A stretch of 64,000 nt of DNA from Ostrea edulis (GCF_947568905.1 NC_079171.1:31062001-31126000); one strand, 5' to 3'. Shown: positions 24,687-36,689, counted from the first letter of the stretch. Numbers and translations: made by a program. Notes: generated from the letters alone by a model not told the origin.

Positions 24687-25636
24687 AGCTGTACTACCCG
24701 ATGTTCATGTATTTTTTTTGTACATAATTGCTTTAAAGCAGATTAATTTCTTTATAAAGTTATTAACTTTCCCTTAATTACATGCTTAAAAACATCTGCA
24801 TGTAAAAGAATACAGTGCGAATATTATTTAGAAAATAAATATAGTGGGTGCATATATAAATCATCCCATAATAGACGTCTATAAATAGAACCACCCGCAT
24901 CAGGGGAATCCCAACACGATGTATTAACTCAAACGCAACTGTCTAGTTTTAAGGCTGAAAGAGCGTAAAACAAGGAATTACTAGGAGGTATTTGATTTTT
25001 TTTTTCTATTAAAGTTATGGTGCGGTACTGTTATGTGGCGTCGGTGGCCGAGTGGTTAGGCTGTCAGACTTTTGACCGAAAGGTTCGAGTCCTGGTCGAG
25101 GCAGGGCTGACGTGTCCTTGGGAAAGGCAATTTACATGAATTTCCTCACTCCACCGAAGTGTAAAAGGGGTACCTGGCTATAGACAGTGAAAGATATTGT
25201 TAGAATGTTAGTGCTCTAGCGCTTGTAATGGCAGCTTGCACTGTATGCTTCCTAGGAGGCTGAGAAAGTTCTAGTTTGATATAAGGTCTGCCGGGGTAAT
25301 AATGTACATTACATTTGTAAAGCACCTTTGAGCGTACATAGTGTATGAAAAGGGTGCTATATAAATATGGTATTATTATTATAACAAAATACACAGTTTT
25401 ACACAGATAAGACCACCGATGATCTGAAAGTTTGAACTGGTAACATGACTGTCACTTGAAATGGCAGAGTACGTGACGCGGTTATTTGTATACATCGATT
25501 TAAAATCAAATAATTTGGGTTAAAACAGGTGAAATAATTTATGATATGTCGTACAGCCTCATAACTACATACGTGCGATGATTTAATAGCGCTTTTAGGA
25601 GATGGAAAAAAATATTGTAATTCGGACCATACAGCT
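24687..25636. mobile_element. TTAA-flanked Kolobok-like element in transposase intron 5
   Basis: TTAA|AGCTGTACTACCCG ... TTCGGACCATACAGCT|TTAA; carries a nested SINE. Confidence 0.65.
25037..25383 (+). mobile_element. CORE-SINE with L2-like tail
   Basis: GGTGGCCGAGTGG A box, GGTTCGAGTCC B box, CORE-like GTGTCCTTGGGAAAGGCAATTTAC...AAAGGGGTACCTG, tail TTGTAAAGCACCTTTGAG...GCTATATAAAT..(TAT)n. A tail fragment also lies at ~58615-58685 (minus). Confidence 0.75.
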
Positions 25637-26743
25637 TTAACAAAAGTGCTTCAAATATTCACCTTTACTATAACGTCAAATGATTTCCCTGGAACAGGTT
25701 ATAATTCATTTTCGGGGAAGGAGACAACTTTTCATCAAGTGTTCGCTTTACGAACTACGTACCTATGGGGATTAAGGATGTCCCAGAAAGGGTTGTCATA
25801 CTCCTTCACACCAAATGATGCCCAAGGGGATATGATTTCATGGAGGCGACTGCCGTCCCTTTGCTCACGTACAAGACCAGTTTTCCGTGGATACCTTAAT
25901 GAGAATAATTTAGGGTTAAATTACAATTAAGTCAAACCTCCTTATCTTGAACTCAACCGGACCAAAATTAAACTTAGAAATATGCGAGGATTCAAGAAAA
26001 CAAGGTAAAAAAAAAACATAACGGAAAAAGCGGTTGGGATTGCCAGTTCACATTGACACATGCATCCCTGATATCAGTTAGTGTTTGAGATAACAAAGAT
26101 CTGCATCAATTGTATATTACTGAAGTTCATAAAGTGGTGTGGCCTGTGACAGTAATAGACCTCAGTTATTTATGAACCACTTTCACTACATTTGGTTATA
26201 CTATGGTTTTACCTTTTCATTCTAATTATAAATAAGTGTTCATATTTATACATACCTGGCAATGTTCTTTGATATTGAAGGATTGCTCAAGTGGAGTTTG
26301 GCAATTTCAGTTGGTTTCAGAATGTATAAAGGTAAACCATTGTCATCTTCTCCCTGATATTACAATAAATCTGAATACAACTTTTTGGCAATGTAAATAA
26401 AATATCAATATTATAAAAAAAAAATTGAAATGTTAAGTTAAGGGTTGGGAATATGGTTATATTTCCTGACACCTTTCCTATGTAGGAAATATTGGGTAGA
26501 TTAAAGGTTTTTTTTTCAGCATCGAAATACTGTGTAATATATCAGTTGAATAAAATCAATAGATATATATTTCATAATGAGAAAAAAAAAACCAAATGTT
26601 TTATACTCATAAACATTTTTTATAACTGCAATCTATAAAAAAAAGTCTGAATCTGTCCTCAGCTACTCTTAAAATAAATTCCATATCCAACAACAAAACA
26701 CTGATTGGATCATCATGAATCCAAGTGTGATGAGTATGCATTT

Positions 26744-27318
26744 CAAGGGTAGATCCATGGGGGTGGGTGGAGGGGGAGGGGTCCAGACATCCGCTAAAGG
26801 GGGTCTTTAGCGGACCAAAAAATTTAATTTATTCAATTTCAACGAGACTTTTAGTAAAAATGATATGAAAGGTGGATACTTATATGCAATTACATTATTC
26901 AAATTTATCAACACCATGTAGTTTATCAGGATAAATGGGACGAAACACTGATACATGTGTATATATTTACGATATTTTATTTTCGTCAGATACAAGTATC
27001 ATTTAAAAATTCTTAAAAAGTATATATAATATAAAATATTTTACCGCAGAGATTCTGGGGGCCTATGCAGCCCCAGCCCCCCCCCCCCCCCTCCACCTAA
27101 TTGCAAGTAACCTTTAAACCAGCTCTTTTTTATCATTGAAAATCGGATGTGAATAAGTCCATAACAATGACTAGAATATGGGAAACAGGTAGTAAATTTA
27201 ATGTTAATATGTGCACAATCAAAAGGCGTAAATAGGGTGGGGGTGGAGATTGTGAAACACCTAAAAGATCAAGTGCTAGACCCCCCTCCCCCTTCACAAA
27301 TTTCTGGGTCCGCCTTTG
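26744..27318. mobile_element. MITE of the CAG(G/T)GGCGGATC family with 5-bp TSD, in transposase intron 3
   Basis: cattt|CAAGGGTAGATCCA ... TGGGTCCGCCTTTG|cattt. Confidence 0.7.
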
Positions 27319-28416
27319 CATTTTTACTCATACCAAATGAATGATGAATCTTACCTTAGCTATCAAGCTGTTTACATCCAAGTCCCCAAATTTCATGTTT
27401 CTGATATGATTTAACGATGGTACATTGGGAACACCAACTTCTTTTAAAATGAACCACACATACTTTGCCACTTCCAAACTCTTTTAAAGAAAACAAAATG
27501 GAATTGACAGGAATGACATTTTCAGATACTGTGGTTATACATTATTTTTACTGTTCAAAAACAAGTAGAGTTGGGGAATATCACTGATGCAAATTTCAGT
27601 ATCAATATAAGAATTACTGACTTGGTCATGTATCAAAGCACATTACTAAAACAAATATTTAATTAATTCAAATGTCATATAATCATACCTCCCACACACA
27701 CAAAAAAATGCATTTTCAGAGTTGATGATTAGGGAAATATTTGCGATCAGTTGTTCTAAACAAAGTATAATTCGATTCGATCTGTTTGTAATGAATGTGA
27801 AAATTCTAGTTTGTTTGGTTTTTTTAAATTTGGATTTTAATATGATTTACACATTTTACTTACAATGTGATGTGTTGTACTATGAAGCAATCCATATAAA
27901 AGAAGATTCAGCTTGTCTGGAAATGGATACCACTTGCTGTCATTTGTTTGGTCCTCGTATGTTTGGCTCTCAGAGTCACTACTGAAGCCTTCATTCTAAA
28001 AACAAAGTGTCAATATTTTCCTATCCTTTGTAAACATGAAACTAAACGGTCTAAAATTTGCACTCAACAACTTCTTGTAAATTAATAAAATTTCTAAATA
28101 ATGATACAGAATATTCAAAGTACAATACCAATAGATCATAATCCTCTGTCTCCGAGACGGGTTCAGTCTCCCCATCGGTATCCGAATCGTCATCGTTAAT
28201 TAACGTTGTGAAACTGTTTTCTAAAATTTCTGCGTCTCGTTGAAACGAACGCGAACTAAACTTCGTCGTATTGTCGAGATTTTCCTCCTTGTCACAACAG
28301 GTGTTCATCAGGCTTTTGAAGCTGTCATTTAATAGGTGTTTTCTTGTAAGATTGTGTCGATTTAAATGATTTATTTTGTCAAATGACACATCACAGACGT
28401 TGCAGCGAAAAGCCAT

Positions 28417-28559
28417 CGCGCCAACTGTCAGTGCCAAAATCAATGTTCAGAAAACGCTTTCACACCGTTTGCATTACTTGCCATCGGTTCAAGCGCGAAG
28501 TTAACCAAGCATATTTTAGCACGCGCTAGCAGACGATCAAAACATAAAGGTTCGGAAAG
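28417..28559. promoter_or_regulatory. Putative compact bidirectional promoter of the CACTA-like element
   Basis: Only 143 bp separate the two divergent ATGs (28416 minus, 28560 plus). Locally CpG-rich (CGCG at three positions). Confidence 0.55.
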
Positions 28560-31500
28560 ATGGAGAGAGACTACTTGGCAGTAAGTATCGCTAAATTTGT
28601 TTATATTCAATACACTGACCCATATCTATGAATAAAATGTTTAGATTTCAATGCAATACAAGTATCTATGCGTGTTTACTCAATGTCTAAGGGCAGTAAC
28701 TCGAACAAAGATGAGGAGTGGATCTAAGAACTGTCTGATATTTTGGTTTTATCATAAACAAACAGGAATCATAAATAAACAATTCGTTAACTTTTAATTG
28801 GCATTCAGTCATTAAGGTGCATATGGTATTTATTCACAGGACTCTCAAGATGACCTATTCGAAAACTCACAAGTGGGGCCTCTCCCAAATCTCTCAGATT
28901 CTCCACAATTAGCTCGAGTAGTTCCTGAATCACCCCCTGCTCCTCCCACTGTTGACATTCCTCCACAGGATAAAATTATGGCAGTGTTGTCAGAAATTTG
29001 TAAGGAACTTAATTTCTTTCTTTTTTTAATTATTGTAATGATTAACTTATTCAAAAGTATCAATTTATTCAAAAGTAATATATTATTTTTCAGTAAAAAT
29101 TGTTTATGTCTAAATATTAATGTTTTCTGGGGGGAATAAATAAATAAATAAGTGATTATAATATAATTGATGCTTGTTTGTTTGATACATATTTCTCCTA
29201 GAATTAGAATTAAAAGCACAGTTTGACCAAAATCAAAACCTTCATAAATAAGGAATATATTTAATGTTCTTTTAAGTGAAAGAACAGAAAAGGCTGACAG
29301 AGGAGGTTAACAAATTGAGAGGAGAGGTCCAAAGGATTAAGAACAAAGAAGCACTCTCAATGACCAAAGTGTCAGTAGAAGGGTCAACTATTGAGGTATG
29401 GTGTTTTATCATTTGTAATGAAAGTCATATAAGATTAACAGTTAATATGATCCATTTTATATTCCAACAGAAAGTGAATTAAATTAATTAAAACCTACGG
29501 TATGATGAAAACTTTTAATTTTAGTAAAAGCATTTATGAATCATTTATTTACAAAAGCCAATAACATTTTACTTACCTTATGCTAGTATAACTGCAGGCC
29601 AGTAATATATTTAATATAGCTCACCTGAACTGAAACCTCAAGTGAGCTTTTCTGATCAACCGTCCGTCCATCTGTCTAGCTTCCATGGCCCCTGGGGGTC
29701 GTATATGGGGTCACAATAGGAGATCAAAGTTTTATATTGAAATATATTGCAATTTTTTTTTAAAATCTTCTTTTCAAGATCCACTGGACCAGAAAAGATG
29801 AAACTCAGATATACAAGCTCTCTGAAGTAATGTAGTTTGTAAATTGTTCAAATCATGGTCCCTGGGGGTTGTATGGGGCCACAATAGGGACTTGTGATTT
29901 TTTACATCAAAATATATAGGAAAAAACCCTTTATAAATCTTCAAATCAAGAACACTGACCCAGAACAGATGAAAGCCTTGTGTGAAAAATTCCTGACATA
30001 GTGTAGCTTGTAAATTGATAAAATCATGGTCCCCGGAGGCAGGGTGCGGCCACAATAGGCAATTTAATTTTTAATTAGCAAAATACAGGGAGAATGTTAA
30101 AACTTCTCTCCTCAAGAGCTGCAAAGCCATGAAAACTTATATTTATGTGAAAGCCTCCACAGCTGGCATAAATTCAATGAAGTTTGTTGAAATCTTGAAC
30201 CCCAACGACAGGGTGGGGCCACAATAGATGATAAGAGTTTGACAATGGAATTTATTGGAAAGGGTTTTGAAAGCTAATTCTCAAGAATAGCAAAGCCATC
30301 ATTTATCATATTTACATGGAAGCATTAATTGTCAGGAAGTGTACATTCAATTGTGTTCAAATTATGGCCCCTGGGTTTTAAGGTGGTGCCACAAAATGCA
30401 ACAGTAAGCATTGTGGTTCATGGGCCTCTTATTTAAAGCCATCATATACCTGTTTTATTTTATATATGCTGTGAATTAATGAATTAATTGTATTTTCACA
30501 GAAGGAGTATATAAATTTCCTAAAAGTCAAATTCAGCGTATTTCCGTGGATCAATTTCCAAGATCAAGAAATACAGGTTTGTTAGTTGATATAATCCTGA
30601 TGAACAGTGAAAATTGTTAACTGGTTAAATACTTCAAAAGAGGTGCAAAAGTGTTCACCTTGCTAACAAAATTAAGAATGAGTACCTTAAATTGGGACAT
30701 ATTGTTTTTATTTCAAAAGTGAAAAGTACATTTTTTGCTGTAAGAGGCAACATTTCCAATTTCAATTATCAGTTCACCTGAGCCAAAGAGCTTTTCTGTT
30801 CGAAGGGTGTCTGGCATCCATCTGTCTGTTTGTCCGTTCGTCTGTAAACTTTTCACATTTTTCACTTCTTTTCAAGAACCACTGACCCATTTTTAACCAA
30901 ACTTGCCAACAAGCATCCTTGTGTGAAGTGGATTTCAGTTTCTTCAAATGAAGGACCATGCACCCTCTTCCAAGGGTTGATTTTTGTTGAATTAAAGAAA
31001 ATTGAATTGCATTTTTCATAACATCTACTCAAGAACCACCGGACCAGAAAAGATCAAACTTCTGTAAAAGCTTCAATACATTAGTGTAGATTCAAGTTGT
31101 TTAAATCATGATTCCCGGGGCTAAGGCAGGGTCACAATAGGCAAATAAAGTTTTATATAGGAATATAACGGAAAAATCTTTACATCTCTTCTTCTCAAGA
31201 AGTGCAAAGCCAAGATCATAAGTGGTCATGTAACATGTTCAAACATTTAATTTATACCTTTGATGTTTAAATAAATAAATCATTTAAGTATTATTTCACA
31301 CTGAAACATTATTCGGATGTAAATGCGTGTTGATAAATGATGTAATCTATCATAATGCCCTTTATGGGATTTTGATGATGTGACCAACTCATATTTTTAC
31401 ATCCCAATAAAAGTTTTGAAATGATACCTTATTTCGCAATAAAATACTTCTAAGAACTGGTGCAACCAAACTGCATCAGCCAAATTTTACAAAGGTTAAT

Positions 31501-32831
31501 GAAGCTATATTATATTGTTATGCCTGCACTGAGAAGCAAAGACATTGACAAATTAACCCCCGTATGTTGTTTTTATTTCAAAAACAGGTATGAATTTTCT
31601 AACTGTATGATAACATTTTTTAGGGAATGCTGAAGGACTTTACCAGTAAAGCAGGTTGGGCAGAAAGAAGTCATGTCCTGGGGGTTTTGTCGAGCTTTGG
31701 CTCGACAAAATTTACTTATTACAGGAACCAGACAAGAGCAAAGGTAATTAAGAAACCATGTGTAGTAAAAGGTGATGTCTTGATTTAATGTAAATGTATT
31801 TCATTACAAATTAAGACATAAAACAATGTTAAACGTTTTAATGTAAAGGAAACTTTTTTCAGTGGGGTGAACTATTAAATACACATAATTCATGGAAATA
31901 ATTTGATATTTGATTAATTGTATATTATGTTATTTGAAATATCTAGTTAACAGTATACATATGCTTGAAGTCATTATTCCTTTTTGTAGTTAATGGGCAA
32001 CAAGGAGATTGATGTGGAGGGACTTTCTTTAAAGTCCCTCCACAACTACCTGTGGAAGTGTTTTTTGCCACCAGCAATTCCACTTGTGGACATAGAGAGG
32101 GAACGCTTGACCTTATTGCTGGTAATTAATTTCATGCAATATTGTTTGTTTTACCATTTTCAACCACATTAGTTATACAGTATTTTTCAAAATGCTCTAT
32201 ATATTAAGATAAAGATTTCGTTTATACCACATTTGCCTAGCAATAATTTATAGATTCATAAATTTGATATGTGAAAGAAATATTTAATTCTCTTTCTCTT
32301 GCCTGCATGGGAATCAAATTTTTGTCTCATGTAAATTCAGAAATTAAAGTAGACTTTAAAAATTCTAAACACTTTCATTTTAATTGCAATGAGACTACAT
32401 TGTACTACAATCTGAAGTTTATTTATTTAAAAAAAAAAATAAGAAATGGAAATGGCATGCATTTACTCGTTGTCACATGTCGCGGTCAAAATGTACCATC
32501 CTCTCCCATTCTGGAAAGAGCTATGAGCGAACTCCAGATTTTGGCTTGAGACAATAGCATTTCCTTAGAAGGAAATCATTTCACTTTAGCATTGATTCAC
32601 TTAAAGGCATGCATAATACCTGAAACAATACTTGTACATGTTTATTTCTAATTTCCATAGAGATCTTTCTGCGCATCACAGAAATTGTTCCGTAAAGGAG
32701 GAACAAGTGGCTTTGCTTTTTGGGCTGAATTCCATAAGTTTGTGGACACCGTCAACAAGGATGGTAGACTGGACAAGTGGGAGAAATTGGAGGAAAAGGA
32801 GGAGAGAAGAATTGAGAAATATTTATCATAA
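28560..32831 (+). CDS. Intact 7-exon gene, 265-aa protein of unknown function (transposon accessory, TnpA-like by position)
   Basis: Exons 28560-28580, 28840-28999, 29277-29395, 30502-30576, 31624-31743, 31990-32121, 32661-32831. All GT-AG, phases compatible, 798 nt with no internal stop: MERDYLADSQDD...(P-rich)...ILKEQKRLTEEVNKLRGEVQRIK (coiled-coil-like)...FAFWAEFHKFVDTVNK...RIEKYLS*. Confidence 0.8.
29618..30432 (-). mobile_element. Helitron/Helentron-like satellite-bearing element in intron 3 of the accessory gene
   Basis: AGCTCACCTGAACTGAAA...GTGAGCTTTTCTGATC start, ~165-bp degenerate units, GTGGTTCATGGGCCTCTT end. Confidence 0.7.
30771..31230 (-). mobile_element. Helitron/Helentron-like element in intron 4 of the accessory gene
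   Basis: AGTTCACCTGAGCCAAAG...CTGTCTGTTTGTCCGTTCGTCTGTAAACTTTTCAC..., same family as 2205-2900. Confidence 0.6.
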
Positions 32832-34404
32832 CTTTTTAAATTAAGATTTTATAAATTCAAGTTATTGTTTATTGTATATTTGTGTATTTCTTCTTTAAAA
32901 TCATGTGCAGTTATTGATTTACTTGTTACTTTTAAATATGATATGTTTTTTATATGTGTATGAAAGGAACTGAAATTTAGCACAAAATATAAGTATCGAC
33001 AAGTGCTTTGTCTTCTTTTCGGTGAAAATTTCACTTTTTATAAATGTGAATCTTTCATTCTGATTTCAAAAGTTATGTAAATATGCACTGTCAAATCTTT
33101 TATTTCTGTTCATCGTTGAAGCCGTTCCATATCTATAAGATTGAGATATTTTAGAGAATATTGAGTAATCATTTTTTTGTACTTTGCATTGGTATTTAAT
33201 CAAGAAGTAGTTGTAGAATGAATAGAAATACTTGATTTCCAGCATCTGCATATCACATAATTAAAGTACACATACATGTCTCATATGATTTACATATGAG
33301 TTTCCTTACATATGATTCTCATATAACATATTAACACAGCATGCACACAAAACCTTCATATGTGAATCATATGAAGTCCCTTACATATGATATACATATG
33401 TGAATCATATGTAAATCATATGAAACACATCATATGATTCACATATGATGCCCTTTTTTTATGATTCTCATATGAAGCTAATCATATGATCCACATATGA
33501 AAATCATATGTGGATCATATGTGGCAAGCATGCCTGTGTATAATTTAAACCTTAGTCAACAAATGATATCCTATCCAGAATCCAAAGTCAGGGGCGCAAG
33601 CTGATTAGTAAGGGGTTCTAGGGGGCGCCATGAAGTTCCCTTAGAAGTTCTAGCTTTTACACGCAATGTTTACCTTGTTGCCCTGTTACCTCAAGGCCCC
33701 CCTGAGGGGGGGGGGGGGGAGGGGGAGGGGGTGAATAAGCTTCCAGAAGCTTATAAGCAGACCCTTTTTAGTAACAAGTTCCCCAATACGGGTTCTTTTT
33801 GATTCGGAAGATATCAAATTGTACATTTTTGCACTCCTTTTACTTTTTGAATTAAAAAAAAGTTCAATATGTTTTAAAACTTCTTATTATTTTTTATAAG
33901 ACTTGAATTTGCGATTTTATGTTGTTTTAACGATTGTACATATCGCTCACGTGATTATATAAATAATAAGATACGTTTACGACCTCTAGAATGATTTATT
34001 TATCATCTCCTTTTTCTCCTTTTTCTGTATTCGTTAGAAATATAGATACTTTTAAAATCCCATAATATAACTATTATTGACCTGTAAGTTATCTAAGAAA
34101 TAAAAATTTCTTGAAGAATGGTCAAATAACAGACTTTTGAAATTTATTCCTAATAAAACTTAAGTTTTATTTTTCACCAAGGCAAAGCATAATGAAATTC
34201 CATGAAAAAAATGGGTTGTTTTTTTTTCAAAATTTTCAATTATAAATCATTTCTTCTCACAAACGTCTTGGTCTCACTTTTTCTAATGATTTAAAATGGT
34301 TTGTGTATATCAATGGTATTGTAAACAGGGGCGGATCCAGGAATTGCGGTTACGGGGGCGCCACTTTATGAGGCAGGGGGTCTGGGCCGGGCCGCCCTGA
34401 GGCA

Positions 34405-34981
34405 ACAGGGCAACAAGGTAAACAATGCGTATACAAGCTAGGACTTCTAAGGAAACTCAAATTCATTTTATGTAGAAAAAGATAATCTAAATTGTATGTG
34501 ACTTTTGTTAGACCTATACTAGAATATGCTTCAGTCGTATGGGGTGGATGTTCTTCTGCAGAAATTGCAAACGTAGAAAAAATACAGCTCCGTGCGGCTA
34601 GAATTGTAACGGGACTGCCAATTCTTGCATCCAAAGAATCTTTATATTTAGAAACAGATTGGGAACCACTATGTACATGTATAAAAGACAGGAAATCCCT
34701 AAATTGATGACAATGTATACAATTCACCTCAATCTTGTACCACAATATCTAGGCGATATCATTGACAATTTTCGAAAGGATACATGGTGCTACAATACAC
34801 GTTACGAATATGACTATATACCTCCCAGAACTATAAGCAAGAAATATATAATAAATCATTTTTTTCCAGATGCCATTCGCAAATGGAACTCTTTAGCAAA
34901 CGAAGCAAAGAAAAGAATTTCTATCTGTCAGTTCCGCCAAAACATTTCTAATAACAATAGTGCCTGAACATTTTCTTCTTG

Positions 34982-35014
<33 letters not shown>

Positions 35015-35165
35015 TAAATATAATTCATACTAAATTAAGACATAACTGTTTGATTAACTATGATTTACACCGAAAAAACATGGTCAATTCTCCTAACTGT
35101 GATTACGGTACGAGAGAACACACATATCATTTTTTTTTTTCTTTGTTTGTAAAAGATTTTCAGTA
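34405..35165 (+). mobile_element. CR1-group LINE 3' fragment (RT C-terminus), interrupting a MITE arm that starts at 34327
   Basis: KLGLLRKLKF...LYVTFVRPILEYASVVWGGCS...VEKIQLRAARIVTGLP...LYLETDWEPL; later FFPDAIRKWNSL and KLRHNCLINYDL...SPNC. Confidence 0.8.
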
Positions 35166-36688
35166 ATGTAATTTCGTTCACTTTCCCCTTTTCATAAATT
35201 TGAATGTTTTAAGAATCATTAGAATATGTTAAATTAATTTCAAGCATATTTTGTTGTTGTTGTGCGGGTGCACTTTTAGACATTTACTTTTCTTTAATGC
35301 TTTGAATGCTTTAAAGGAAACTGCAAGCATCAGTAAAACTTGGAAATCTAAGGTTTTTACTAATATTTAGTACAACAAAAGGAATATATACTCTAACATT
35401 TAAAGGCGATTGTCAATGCCTTTTTCAGGAGCTTCCGGGTGATTTGGCCTTGGGTCTCAACAAAGGCGTTGCCTTCGACTCACTGAGGGTGTCACGGACC
35501 CTTACCGTGCTTTTATACTGTAGCTATTGTGTCTTACCAACAAGGATCTAAATAAAGAGAAATAACTCTGGATCAATTTTTCCAATTGAATTTGTCAGAG
35601 TTATCTTTCTTTTAAGTTTTTTTTTTTTTTTTTACAGTATTTATGAAAACTAACGAATATTCAAATTCGAATATCATCTCATCAGACGAATATTCATTAA
35701 CATCCCTAGTTTTTACTACTTCCTGCTTCTAATCTAACAAATTAGATAAGAATTAGAATGGCAGTTATCAAGAAGTATGAAAATATCTATCTACGACAGG
35801 AAATAACTAAAGAAACTTGATATATCAATGTGATTTTTCCCTCCAGAAAATTGTTCTCTATAGATCTAGGTCTTTTTTTTTTGTTTTTGTTTGTTTGTTT
35901 GTTTGTTTGTTTGTTTTTTGTTTTTTTTTTGTTTGTTAACCCGAATTGATCCATTGGAGCTTTTGAAATGTTCATACAATTAATAACTGGCCATTTTGAC
36001 CCCACCTTGATACCAAAAATCCCTACTCCTGGGGTCATTAAATTTACTCTAAATATCAATATTATTGCAATTTCGTATCAATAGTACTAAAAAGATGTTA
36101 TTTAAATGTTTTACACATAAACACAATAAACAGAACCTGATTGCCCTTCCGTGAACTCTTCAAAAATTAAGGTGTTATGAACTTTCATTATCAGGCGCGT
36201 AGCCAGAAAGAAGATGAAGTGTACGCAAAATATGGCAAGGGGTCTGGTAGTCGCCTTAAGACTGGGGCCCAGGGGTGAAACCTCCGGAAGTTCTTGGGTT
36301 TTACCAATGAAATCACCTAAGTATTTTTCTGCGTATGAACAGGGTTTCTTGTCAACCTCCAAAGACAAAAAGAAGTCACAAAATTACTTTCTTAAGTGTT
36401 GCCAATTCACCGTGTGTACTTGGACTGACTTTACATTTTTTTTTTTTGCGAATTGTATTGTCCGCTAAAATATTTCGTTATTTTTTCGACTGGTATATTA
36501 TGGTAAATGTTAGAGATAACAAAGAATATCCTAAACCCGCCTACTACATGCTATGTACATATATGTACATGCATACATAAAAACATGACACGAGCCTTGT
36601 TTACATAACAAAGAATTCTGAGTGCTGTATCTCACTTAAATAATTCAACAACTGATATTCAAAACTATAGTTGCCACCACTTTCACAG

Positions 36689-36689
<1 letters not shown>

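Larger units (their letters stand above)
21805..28416 (-). pseudogene. CACTA/EnSpm-type transposase gene, spliced, internally deleted and disrupted
   Basis: GT-AG exons 28416-28129 (MAFRCNVCDVSFDKINHLNRHNLTRKH, C2H2-type finger), 27995-27864 (KWYPFPDK), 27480-27355 (WFILKEVGVPNVPSL), 26353-26256 (LHLSNPSI), 25894-25763 (YPRK...EQRDGSR...FGVKEYDNPFWDILNPHR), 24586-24388 (DVPSGLLHLFHLGTSKHLF...SRQGKDLKKF) splice in frame for 325 codons. 23972-23861 has a stop and a frameshift. 23503-23247 and 22200-21805 are open (VHHCIQCHC...RIEQEE...IKH...FLVNVYSL). Confidence 0.7.
20839..33538. mobile_element. 12.7-kb CACTA/EnSpm (CMC)-like DNA transposon carrying two divergent spliced genes
   Basis: Left CATAGGAAAAAGTGTCACATATGATCCTCATATGA versus right (rc) CACAGGCATGCTTGCCACATATGATCCACATATGA: 27/35 identical, ungapped. 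TA on both flanks (20837-38, 33539-40). 13 exact CATATG in 20856-21040 and 16 in 33282-33521. Confidence 0.8.

Noticed and set aside
24840-25500. Possible hidden transposase exons holding the catalytic residues
   Set aside because: The interval is a TTAA-flanked element plus a SINE; the frames tried contain stops and lack usable splice sites.
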